Below, piece by piece: positions 42,405 through 50,610 of a DNA stretch of 64,000 bases (its first letter is position 1; each line of letters begins with the position of its first letter). The notes beneath the pieces were generated by a model, which did not search any database, was not told the DNA's origin, and saw nothing but the letters and a program-made list of their open reading frames with translations. Source of the DNA: Candidatus Sulfomarinibacter sp. (GTDB lineage Bacteria > Acidobacteriota > Thermoanaerobaculia > Thermoanaerobaculales > Sulfomarinibacteraceae); contig JBFFBV010000003.1 in NCBI GenBank assembly GCA_041560205.1, positions 2,211-66,210 of the forward strand. Direction: 5' to 3'. The position numbers and the translations under genes are program-made.

Positions 42405-42797
42405 CACCATCACAACTGCTTCGCCTTCGAGGACGAGCTTGTCGTCCTGGTTGGTGCACACCGTGGAGAGCGTGACGATCGGTTTGTCCTCGCGAACTTT
42501 CAGAACCTCGATAGTGGCGGTCAAGGTGTCACCTGGGAAGACCGGCAGCTTGAATTTCAAGGTCTGGCTCAGATACACGGTCCCCGGCCCCGGCAGGTCA
42601 TTGGCGATGGTCGCCGAGATCAGCCCTGCGGAAATCATCCCGTGCGCGATGCGGCGTCCGAAACGCGTGCCGGCGGCGAAGTCGTCGTCGAGGTGAACCG
42701 GGTTGGTGTCCGTCGTGACATCCGCAAAGGCGCGGATCGTGTCGTCCGTGACGGTCATGGAGCGCGACGCGCTGTCACCTGGCTTCAGGGCCGGCAT
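42396..42797 (-). CDS. MaoC-like (R)-specific enoyl-CoA hydratase/dehydratase
   Basis: ATG at 42797 follows GAAGGAGG. Hot-dog fold motif DTNPVHLDDDFAAGTRFGRRIAHGM. Confidence 0.85.
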   Translation of the reverse strand: MPALKPGDSASRSMTVTDDTIRAFADVTTDTNPVHLDDDFAAGTRFGRRIAHGMISAGLISATIANDLPGPGTVYLSQTLKFKLPVFPGDTLTATIEVLKVREDKPIVTLSTVCTNQDDKLVLEGEAVVMVEA

Positions 42798-42798
42798 C

Positions 42799-43512
42799 TC
42801 AACCTCCTTCGTCACCCGATACGATGCCTTCGATCTCGGACAGATCGGCGATTTCATAGGTCGGCTTCGGGTAACCGTCCAAGGGCAGGCCGTTCGGGTT
42901 GAACCAGCAGGTGTCGATCCCGTAGTTCACTCCCGCGGCGACGTCAGAGCTCAGGCTGTCGCCGATCATCAGCACTTCCGACTTCGGTGGATTGCCCATC
43001 CGGGAGAATGCCTCGTCCATGTACTCCGGCTGAGGCTTGGCGACACCGATCTCGTCCGAGATCACCACATCCTCGAAGAAGTTTCGAATCGACGACCGGG
43101 CAAAGCGCGCACGCTGGACGACCGCGATGCCGTTGGTCGCCAGCAGGAGTTTGTGACGCGACGAGAAATCGCGAACCGCGGCCTCGGCCCCGGGAAGGAG
43201 CTGGGTCTGGAGGCCGAGGTCCTTCATGAATTGGTCGTTGAATGCCTCAGCGTCGACGTCGACTCCGAGCTCGTCGAAGAGGCGTTTGAAACGCACGACC
43301 CGAAGGTGCTCCAGATCGATTTCGCCACCTTCGAAGCGACCCCACAGGTCGGCGCTGATGGCCTTGTAGACGTCGTGAAGATGCGGCGAGTACTCGATCC
43401 CGTGGGTCCTCGTGGTCATCTGCAAGGCCGTCGTTTCACCCGCGTGGAAATCGAAGAGGGTGCCGTCGGCGTCGAAGATGAGCCATTGGTAGCGAGACCT
43501 CGGTTCCGTCAT
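42799..43512 (-). CDS. HAD-IA family hydrolase (YjjG/nucleotidase-like)
   Basis: Motif I FDADGTLFD, motif II LLATNG, motif III/IV MIGDSLSSDV. Confidence 0.85.
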   Translation of the reverse strand: MTEPRSRYQWLIFDADGTLFDFHAGETTALQMTTRTHGIEYSPHLHDVYKAISADLWGRFEGGEIDLEHLRVVRFKRLFDELGVDVDAEAFNDQFMKDLGLQTQLLPGAEAAVRDFSSRHKLLLATNGIAVVQRARFARSSIRNFFEDVVISDEIGVAKPQPEYMDEAFSRMGNPPKSEVLMIGDSLSSDVAAGVNYGIDTCWFNPNGLPLDGYPKPTYEIADLSEIEGIVSGDEGG

Positions 43513-43552
43513 GCGGTCAGTGTAGCTGGTACGACCCTCCGGACACGTCGCG

Positions 43553-44011
43553 TCAATCGCCCTCGAGGGTTCTTCTCATGATGACGTACTCGGATTCATC
43601 GAAGCCGCAGCGGCGATAAGCGTCGATCGCGCGCCGGTTCGCACTGTGGGCGTAGAGGCGCAGATCGATCGCTCCGGCAGCTCGCGCCGCCTCCGCCACC
43701 GTGTCGAGCAGGAGATCGACCAGACCGCGCCCGCGGTGCTCGGGCACGATGAAGAGACTCTGAACCCACCAATAGTGCCTGCCGTTGAAGTTGCTCCACT
43801 CCCTGACCGCAGAGGTACTGGCGACCACCTCCCCGTCCGCGCTCACCGCCAGCCAGTAGGTCGCAACGGACGGGTCCTCGAGACCGGCGAGCACACCTCG
43901 CCTGACACCTGCCGCATCGATATCCAGCCCCTCGGCCTCACGCGCCTCGTCGAGGGTGAAGTCAACGATCGTGTCGAGATCGGTCAACCCGGCCTGACGA
44001 ATCGTGTACAT
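43553..44011 (-). CDS. GNAT-family N-acetyltransferase
   Basis: ATG at 44011 (MYTIRQAGLTD). Acetyl-CoA motif SLFIVPEHRGRGLVDLLL. Confidence 0.8.
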   Translation of the reverse strand: MYTIRQAGLTDLDTIVDFTLDEAREAEGLDIDAAGVRRGVLAGLEDPSVATYWLAVSADGEVVASTSAVREWSNFNGRHYWWVQSLFIVPEHRGRGLVDLLLDTVAEAARAAGAIDLRLYAHSANRRAIDAYRRCGFDESEYVIMRRTLEGD

Positions 44012-44130
44012 AGCCCAGATGAATATCACTTCTCCTGGGAGATCTGAAGCAAGTTCCGGCGGGTGTCGTCGAGGACAGCGAGAATCGCCGAACCGACATC
44101 AGGAAGATCTCGTATCTCGAAAGCGCTAAA

Positions 44131-44313
44131 TCATTCGGCCGTGGCCGAAACCGAGGAGCTTTTGCCAGTGGGGCAGAAGTAGACAACAGAGGTCTTCTGT
44201 ATGAATGGCACCCCCTGTGCTCTCGCGTATACCTCGTGAAGTTCGTTTTCGCAGTGAGGGCACACGGGCGCAAGATCTCACCTTGTGACGATCGCGAATG
44301 GTCTGTCACTCAT
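44131..44313 (-). pseudogene. Interrupted small zinc-ribbon ORF (in-frame TGA at 44278-44280)
   Basis: ATG at 44313, 9 nt after GGAGG. Translation: MSDRPFAIVTR-TGA-DLAPVCPHCENELHEVYARAQGVPFIQKTSVVYFCPTGK... The CPHCENEL motif resembles CPLCETEL in the neighbouring gene. Alternative GTG start just before CPHC. Confidence 0.25.
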
Positions 44314-44582
44314 CGGTGATCACCTCCGCGACTTCGTGTCAGATACTGCGCTCGATATCACAGGGAATCCTGGATCGTTCATTGAACGGAATACAAACCC
44401 AACAACATCATCAAGAGGCCTGCGAAAGAGATGGCCGCATGTCTTTTGGCCAGCTCAATTCGAGAAAAGAGTGAGTAGATCGAGACGGCCGGCACGAAGA
44501 GAACCCAGAATCCCAGACGTGTGCTCTCGGTGAAAGGGACGCAACGAACAGCCCGACTCGTGCTTCGATGACTGTCGTTGCC

Positions 44583-44915
44583 CTATCGTCTGGACAGGAG
44601 AAAACCAACTCCTACGCCAACCAGGACCCCGAGACCAACTGCACCGAAACTCGATGTTGAGGCACTGCAGCTTGGCTTCCGTGCCGCCCTGAGCCGATCG
44701 AGCGCTTCACGTCCGTCTTCAACACGGCGCTGCAATTCGGCGACATGGTTGTCTCTGATTTTTCGTCGCCCGTCCGGGGACATCAGCCACGACACGTGAG
44801 TACTCAATCCACACCGCCTGCATTGCCAGTATTCCTGGCTGGCCGGCATGTCTGGTGCGCCCGAACATCGCTTCAATTCGGTTTCACACAGCGGGCAGGT
44901 TGTTTCTTGGGCCAT
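44583..44915 (-). CDS. Small zinc-ribbon protein with C-terminal TM anchor (unknown function)
   Basis: ATG at 44915, 6-7 nt after GAGGA. CPLC-x19-CRRC zinc ribbon, a charged helical middle, and tail FGAVGLGVLVGVGVGFLL. Lies in a low-GC islet. The reading frame stays open for 66 further codons after its TAG. Confidence 0.5.
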   Translation of the reverse strand: MAQETTCPLCETELKRCSGAPDMPASQEYWQCRRCGLSTHVSWLMSPDGRRKIRDNHVAELQRRVEDGREALDRLRAARKPSCSASTSSFGAVGLGVLVGVGVGFLLSRR

Positions 44916-45258
44916 GTCGGTTCCTCATGAACGCACGCCGAAACCCGAAGGTATTGCGGCTGCTCCCCGCCTTACTCCATTTGGCGACCCTGAAAATCTG
45001 GCTGGAAACGTGCTCGGAGAATGAAATAACAGCCGGCGTCACATCGAGCTCTTCTCGACGCAAGTCTCCTCCTCTCAGATTAACCGATGCTCAAAGGGAT
45101 CCGCATGCGGGTTGGTATGTCTGCAGCTGCGCACTCTCAAGGCACGGGTGTTCGCGTGTTCATCAAGTGGTCTCTGGCTGGTGGTGGGTATCCATAGGGC
45201 TCGTGACGCGGCGGCCTCACAATGCTGCCTTCGAATATCAACACGGCCGGAAAAGGTT

Positions 45259-45705
45259 TCAGGCCTCGTGTCGATCGACCACGCTCAGCTCCAGAACCAC
45301 CCGGCCCCAGCCGCCGCACTGGACGCCAACATCGAAACACCCGGCTCGCTTGAAACGCATCTCGTTCGGATCCACTCCCGCGTAGACGAGCTCGTTCGAG
45401 GCGAAAATCAGACCGGTGGCCGCGTGCAGGGCGTAAATGCACACCTTCTTCGGACACTTCTTTGTCAAGGGGTTGCCGGCGCCGTCAAAGTAGAACTTCT
45501 CGCCCACCTCGTGCTGGCTGTTGCACCCGTGGGAATCGATCACCTCGACCACGATCGTCTTGCCCATCAGCTTTGGCACTTTTTCGAGGACATCTGCATT
45601 CCTTGGGTTCTCTCGAAAGATCTCCATCTCCTCCCCGGTATAGCCGAGGTGCCTCTTCATGATCTTCCACTTCGTCGTTTTCCAAACGGCATCCTTGATC
45701 CCCAT
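45259..45705 (-). CDS. Cys-rich TIGR04076-like protein with N-terminal extension
   Basis: ATG at 45705 follows GGAGG. IVVEVIDSHGCNSQHEVGEKFYFDG...CPKKVCIYALHAA...AGCFDVGVQCGGWGRVVLEL resembles the TIGR04076 family as I recall it. Confidence 0.6.
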   Translation of the reverse strand: MGIKDAVWKTTKWKIMKRHLGYTGEEMEIFRENPRNADVLEKVPKLMGKTIVVEVIDSHGCNSQHEVGEKFYFDGAGNPLTKKCPKKVCIYALHAATGLIFASNELVYAGVDPNEMRFKRAGCFDVGVQCGGWGRVVLELSVVDRHEA

Positions 45706-45832
45706 GGCTGCCTCCAGTTCCAGTGTTGATGATCGGAGCCATGGTACTCCGAGCTCGAGATGAAAAGCCCATGAATAACTCACCGCCTCAGGTCGAGAGG
45801 TAGTGGGATACCGCCATGAGAGAATCGCCCCC

Positions 45833-48235
45833 ATGTCTGTGAGCTGCGATCACTGCAGTCTGCCGGTGCCGGCAGGGTTGGTGGAGGACGGGGCCGAGCT
45901 CCAGTTTTGCTGCAATGGCTGCCGGGTGGCCTACGAGGTGATCCACGAGCACGGGCTCGACGGCTACTACGACATCAAGGCGCGCATCGAGGTTCCCGCG
46001 CAGGCGGCGCAGCGGTCGGGCAGGGGCTTCGCCGAGTTCGACGATCCGGCCTTCCACGAGCTCTACTGCCGAAGGCTGCCCTCAGGGCTCGAGACGGTCG
46101 AGCTGTACCTCGAAGGGGTCCACTGCGCCGCCTGTGTGTGGCTGGTCGAAAAGGCGACCGTGGTCGTCGATGGCGTTGCCGAGGTGCGCCTTGATCTCGG
46201 TCGATCGCTCGCGACGGTCACCTGGAGCCCGGAAACCACGCCCCTCTCAGAGGTGGCGCGCTTCCTCGATTCGATCGGCTACGCGCCGCACCCCTTCCGC
46301 GGGGTCGAGGCGCGCGACATGGCGCGGCGCGAGGAGCGTGCACTGCTCATCCGCATCGCGGTGGCCGGCGCCATCGCCGGCAACGTGATGCTGATAGCCT
46401 TCGCGCTCTACGGCGGCCATTTCCACGGCATCAAGGACGAGTTCAGGACGCTTTTCCGCTGGGTCAGCCTGGGCCTCGCCACGCCCTCGGTGCTGTGGTG
46501 CGCCTCGGTTTTCTACCGCGGTGCCTGGGGGGCACTCAAGACCAAAAGTCTCCACATGGACCTGCCGATTGCTATCGGCGTTCTCGCCGGCTTCATCCAG
46601 GGTGCCATCAACACCATCCGCGACGCGGGCGAGGTGTACTTCGATTCGGTGACGGCCCTGATCTTCTTCCTCCTGGTCGGTCGTTTCCTGCAACGGAGAC
46701 AGCAACGCAAGGCGGCGAGCTCGACCGAGCTCCTCTTCTCGCTCGCTCCGACGACCGCGCGGCTGATCGACCGAGAGGGCGTCCGAGACGTCCCGCTCGA
46801 GGCCCTCGCCTCCGGCGCCACGGTCGAGGTGCGCGCCGGGGAGTCGATCCCAGCAGACGGCATGGTTGTCGAGGGTTTCTCGACCCTCGACCGATCGCTA
46901 CTCACGGGTGAGTCGGCTCCCGAGCCCGTCGCCGTCGGAGAACCCGTCCACGCCGGCACCGTCAACCTCGGCAGCCGGCTGGTGGTCGAGGTTCGGGCGA
47001 CCGGAGAGGACACGCGCGTCGGTCGCCTCATGCGCCTGGTCGAAGAGGGCGCCATGCGACGCGCCCCCGTTGTTCTCCTGGCGGACCGGATCTCGGGCTG
47101 GTTCGTGGCCGTCGTCCTCGCACTCGCGGCTCTGACAGTCACCGTCTGGCTGAGGCTCGACCCCGAGCACGCGGTCGAGCACGCAGTCGCACTCCTCATC
47201 GTGAGCTGCCCCTGCGCCCTCGGTCTCGCCACCCCGTTGGCCGTCAGCGCCGCCATCGGCCGCGCCGCCCGCAGGCAGATTCTGATCAAGGGAGGCGATG
47301 CCCTGGAGAATCTTGCCCGACCCGGCCGCATGCTTCTCGACAAGACTGGAACGATCACCGAGGGACGGCTGGCGGTGGTCCGCTGGTGGGGCGACGCCAG
47401 TGTCAAGCCGTTGGTGGCATCACTCGAGCAGCATTCGGCCCACCCCGTGGCTCGGGCTCTCGCCGCCATCGCACCCGTCGAAGATCTGCCTGAAGCGTCC
47501 GAGGTCGAGGAGATCATGGGGGTCGGGATCAGCGGCGTCTGCAACGGTCGGAGGATCATGATCGCTTCGATCGCCCACGTCGAGAGTGAATTCGGAGGAC
47601 TCCCGGTTGGCGCCGCTTCGGCCACGGAGGAGTTCGCCACCGAAGGTCTGAGCCCCGTGGCGGTCACGGTCGACCAGCAGGTGGTCGCCGTCGCAGGGAT
47701 CGGCGACCCCTTGCGCACCGACAGCGCGGCTTCGGTTGCCGCCATCCGCGACGACGGATGGCGGGTCGAAATCCTTTCCGGGGACCACCCGACGGTCGTG
47801 TGGTCGGTCGCCGAACAGATTGGCATCGAAGCGACCGCAGCGCATGGTGGGGTCGCGCCCGAGCAAAAGCTCGAAGCGGTGCGGATGGGATCGGAGGAAG
47901 AGACGACCGCGATGGTCGGCGACGGTGTCAACGACGCCGCTGCGTTGGCCGCTGCCACGGTCGGTATCGGCGTTCATGGTGGTGCCGAGGCGGCGCTCGC
48001 CGCCGCGGACGTCTACCTCGCCCGTCCCGGGCTCGCGCCGGTGGTCGAGCTTCTCGAAGGCGCTCGAAAGACCCTGGGAGTCATCCGCCGTAATCTCGTC
48101 TTCTCGCTGACCTACAACGTGATTGCCGTGAGCTTCGCCATCACCGGCCACATGAGTCCGATCATGGCGGCGATCCTGATGCCGCTCAGCAGCATGACCG
48201 TGGTGCTGAGTTCGTATCGGGCGAAAACGTTTTAA
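45833..48235 (+). CDS. ccoI: Copper-translocating P1B-type ATPase CcoI/FixI
   Basis: ATG at 45833. N-terminus CDHCSLPVP...FCCNGCRVAYEVI, TM CPC motif (SCPCALGLATP), DKTGTITEG, and GDGVNDAAAL. Confidence 0.92.
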   Translation: MSVSCDHCSLPVPAGLVEDGAELQFCCNGCRVAYEVIHEHGLDGYYDIKARIEVPAQAAQRSGRGFAEFDDPAFHELYCRRLPSGLETVELYLEGVHCAACVWLVEKATVVVDGVAEVRLDLGRSLATVTWSPETTPLSEVARFLDSIGYAPHPFRGVEARDMARREERALLIRIAVAGAIAGNVMLIAFALYGGHFHGIKDEFRTLFRWVSLGLATPSVLWCASVFYRGAWGALKTKSLHMDLPIAIGVLAGFIQGAINTIRDAGEVYFDSVTALIFFLLVGRFLQRRQQRKAASSTELLFSLAPTTARLIDREGVRDVPLEALASGATVEVRAGESIPADGMVVEGFSTLDRSLLTGESAPEPVAVGEPVHAGTVNLGSRLVVEVRATGEDTRVGRLMRLVEEGAMRRAPVVLLADRISGWFVAVVLALAALTVTVWLRLDPEHAVEHAVALLIVSCPCALGLATPLAVSAAIGRAARRQILIKGGDALENLARPGRMLLDKTGTITEGRLAVVRWWGDASVKPLVASLEQHSAHPVARALAAIAPVEDLPEASEVEEIMGVGISGVCNGRRIMIASIAHVESEFGGLPVGAASATEEFATEGLSPVAVTVDQQVVAVAGIGDPLRTDSAASVAAIRDDGWRVEILSGDHPTVVWSVAEQIGIEATAAHGGVAPEQKLEAVRMGSEEETTAMVGDGVNDAAALAAATVGIGVHGGAEAALAAADVYLARPGLAPVVELLEGARKTLGVIRRNLVFSLTYNVIAVSFAITGHMSPIMAAILMPLSSMTVVLSSYRAKTF

Positions 48236-48280
48236 GGTTCGAGGCTCGAGGCTTGGGGATTGGGACTTGGGACGTGGGGC
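48236..48280. repeat. Heptad stutter directly after the ccoI stop
   Basis: GGTTCGAGGCTCGAGGCTTGGGGATTGGGACTTGGGACGTGGGGC: degenerate 7-mer tandem units. Confidence 0.55.
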
Positions 48281-48303
48281 CTGATCGCAGTTAAAATGTC
48301 CGC

Positions 48304-48489
48304 GTGTCTGCCGTTTACATAGCTCTTCCGTTTGCGTTGTTGCTGGCATTGCTGTTCCTCGCGTTGTTCATCTGGTCGGTGAGGTCCGGGCAGATGGACG
48401 ATCTGGAAACGCCGGCCCACCGCATTCTCGGCGAGGACGAGGAGCGCAAGGCCCCGGCCGAGAACGACAACCAGCCTCCGACAGACTGA
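48304..48489 (+). CDS. ccoS: cbb3 oxidase maturation protein CcoS/FixS
   Basis: 61 aa. [38 protein letters not shown] matches the CcoS pattern. Sits directly after ccoI. Confidence 0.8.
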   Translation: MSAVYIALPFALLLALLFLALFIWSVRSGQMDDLETPAHRILGEDEERKAPAENDNQPPTD

Positions 48490-48803
48490 GCTCTTGAGTC
48501 CATCCGCATCTCGGTGTAACCACGGTCACCGATCCGCACAATAGAAGCTCAAGGAGGTCTTCGTATGTGGCGTTCTCCTCCCGTTCCCCGGAGAACCGAC
48601 CGGAAGCGCCCTGATCCGGTCAAGGGAGATGTGACTCGTCCTGCCGGAAGACCCAGCCCCAACACCATCTATTCAACCTCATAACAACCCCCCCACCCCC
48701 TGACCGTAACGGCGTCCGGGCGCCGTGGCGGTCTCTTCCATCGGCCTTCCGCCTCGCAACCGCACATTCCGCGCAGGAGGCCAGTCGGCGATTCGTCAAC
48801 GCA

Positions 48804-48952
48804 AGTAAAGGGTGAGGAAGTAAAGGGTAAAGGGTGAAGAAGTAGAGGATAAGGAGCCGATATTCTGGCGGGCGTGGGTGGGCCTAACCCTTTGCTCTTG
48901 ACTCTTTACTGGTTTTGGCGGGTCGGCTAAACTCTTTACTCTTAACTTTTTA
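48804..48952. repeat. Heptad-stutter hairpin element (TAAAGGG / CTCTTTAC subfamily)
   Basis: Left arm GTAAAGGGTGAGGAAGTAAAGGGTAAAGGGTGAAGAAGTAGAGG. Right arm CCCTTTGCTCTTGACTCTTTACTGG...ACTCTTTACTCTTAACTTTTTAC. Abuts and overlaps the queA stop. Confidence 0.75.
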
Positions 48953-49978
48953 CACAATGAGCATCGCGTCGCCGTAGGAGAAGAAGCGGTAGCGTTTTGC
49001 GACGGCTTCGGCGTACGCGGACAGAATCCGGTCTCGGCCCGCGAAGGCGCTGACGAGCATCAGCAGGGTCGATCGCGGTAAGTGGAAGTTTGTCAACAAC
49101 GCGCCGACGCCGCGGAATTGGAAGCCGGGAGTGATGAAGATGCGGGTCCACCCTTCACCGGGCTGCACCCGTCCCTCACCCACCGCCAGAGCACCTTCGA
49201 GCGCTCGGACCGACGTGGTCCCGACACAAACGATGCGGCGTTCGTCATCAAGAGCGCGGTTGACGGCCGCTGCGGTCTGCTCCGAAAAGCGGTACCACTC
49301 CTCGTGCATCTCGTGGTCGGCGATGTCTTCGACCGACACCGGGCGAAAGGTGCCGAGGCCGACGTGGAGGGTCAGGGTCGCGATCTCGACCCCGACGTCC
49401 CGGATCCCATCCAGGAGACCCTCGGTGAAGTGCAGGCCCGCAGTCGGTGCCGCAACCGCGCCTGGGATCGATGCATAGACCGTCTGGTAGTCCTGCATGT
49501 CCGACGCCTTCCCGCCTCTCGGCCTCCCGATGTAGGGCGGCAGCGGCATCTCGCCGATGCGATCCAGCCGCTCCAGGTCCAACGGCGGATCGAATCGCAT
49601 GAGCCAACGTCCCTCGCCACGACGCTCTTCGGGGACGGCCGCACCGCCGTCTCCGAGCTCGAGCTGCTCACCGATGCGTGCGCGCGCCGAAGGCCGCAGC
49701 AAGGTTTCCCAATGTTTTTCTCCGGCCTTTCTCAGAAGCAGGAGCTCGAATGTGCGGCCGGTCGGGCGGCGGGTATAGAGACGCGCCGGGATCACGCGCG
49801 TGTTGTTGAGCAACAGGAGTTCGTCGGACCGCAAGTGCCCGACGATGTCACCGATATCGCGGTGTTTCAGACCGCCACCCGAACGGTCGAGCACGAGCAG
49901 CCGGGATTCCCCTCGCGGCACCGGGATCTGCGCGATCAGCTCGCGCGGCAGCTCGAAATCGAAATCGTCCGTTCTCAT
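48950..49978 (-). CDS. queA: S-adenosylmethionine:tRNA ribosyltransferase-isomerase
   Basis: ATG at 49978 (MRTDDFDFELPRELIAQIPV). ...GAVAAPTAGLHFT... and a C-terminal RFFSYGDAMLI. Confidence 0.93.
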   Translation of the reverse strand: MRTDDFDFELPRELIAQIPVPRGESRLLVLDRSGGGLKHRDIGDIVGHLRSDELLLLNNTRVIPARLYTRRPTGRTFELLLLRKAGEKHWETLLRPSARARIGEQLELGDGGAAVPEERRGEGRWLMRFDPPLDLERLDRIGEMPLPPYIGRPRGGKASDMQDYQTVYASIPGAVAAPTAGLHFTEGLLDGIRDVGVEIATLTLHVGLGTFRPVSVEDIADHEMHEEWYRFSEQTAAAVNRALDDERRIVCVGTTSVRALEGALAVGEGRVQPGEGWTRIFITPGFQFRGVGALLTNFHLPRSTLLMLVSAFAGRDRILSAYAEAVAKRYRFFSYGDAMLIV

Positions 49979-50104
49979 CCGCGCGCATTCTACCGCCCAC
50001 CCACCCATCCGGATGCCCGATACACGATGCAAGATGCAGGGCCGCCCACCTACCCCGATTCACCTTTGCCGTCCTGCGACGGAGAAGGGACTAGAATCAG
50101 GCCC

Positions 50105-50494
50105 GTGAAAAAGCCAAGGGGTCACAGGCTTGGCCGTCGCGCCGAGTGGGCCGCCCTGCTGCTGTTGTTGGCCAAGGGCTACCGACCGCGCCACCGAAAC
50201 TGGCGCGGGGCCGGTGGCGAGCTCGACCTGGTCATGCAGCACCGTGACACGATTGTCTTCGTCGAGGTCAAGGCGAGGTCAGACGACCTTTTCGGAGGGG
50301 CTGCGGCAGGGCTGAACGCGAAGAAGGAAAAGATCCTGGCTCGCACCGCGTCGGCCTATCTCGGTCGTTTCGGACTGTGGGGCAGGCCATGCCGCTATGA
50401 CCTCGTGACCTTCGAAAAGGTTGGAGAGATCTTTCCCTGGCGGATCCGTCATTACAGGAACGTCTTGCAGCCCAATCTCGGACGACAGTTCTGA
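50105..50494 (+). CDS. yraN: YraN-family (UPF0102) endonuclease-like protein
   Basis: GTG at 50105. GRRAEWAALLLLLAKGYRPRHRNWR...GELDLVMQHRDTIVFVEVKAR. Confidence 0.85.
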   Translation: MKKPRGHRLGRRAEWAALLLLLAKGYRPRHRNWRGAGGELDLVMQHRDTIVFVEVKARSDDLFGGAAAGLNAKKEKILARTASAYLGRFGLWGRPCRYDLVTFEKVGEIFPWRIRHYRNVLQPNLGRQF

Positions 50495-50504
50495 TTCAAA
50501 GCGC

Positions 50505-50527
50505 AGGGGCGGCACCATGCCGCCCCT
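50505..50527 (+). terminator. Hairpin downstream of yraN (possible terminator)
   Basis: AGGGGCGGCA-cca-TGCCGCCCCT, a perfect 10-bp stem 11 nt after the yraN stop. No U-run follows. Confidence 0.35.
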
Positions 50528-50610
50528 ACCGGTGACCCGCTTCACAGAACTGTGAGGGCGGGAGCTGCTGGCCGCGGCGGAGTCAGGAGCGGAGCCGGGT
50601 CCAGCCGTTT

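Noticed and set aside
44278-44280. Selenocysteine (or programmed readthrough) at the in-frame TGA of the small zinc-ribbon ORF.
   Set aside because: Only a weak GGUGAG…CUCAC pairing follows the UGA, with no convincing SECIS-like hairpin. No sel genes are in the window. The low-GC, decaying context makes a pseudogene more likely. It is kept as a low-confidence pseudogene feature.
44411-44608. 65-aa minus-strand ORF, plus 43962..44309(-), 44285..44533(+), 44855..45385(+) and 45112..45729(+) in or near the islet.
   Set aside because: They have no SD, no motifs and Ser/Arg/Pro-rich translations. They overlap better-supported frames (the zinc-ribbon ORFs and the TIGR04076-like gene).
44030-45260. 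Prophage, transposon or integrative element in the low-GC islet.
   Set aside because: No integrase, transposase or recombinase-like ORF, no tRNA attachment site and no terminal inverted or direct repeats could be found by eye. Only the compositional deviation and the small ORFs are real observations.
48804-48952. CRISPR array hypothesis for the tandem-repeat intergenic regions (also 59854-59977 and 61752-61880).
   Set aside because: The repeat units are only 7-8 nt, degenerate and contiguous, with no 25-40-nt unique spacers. No cas genes are present.
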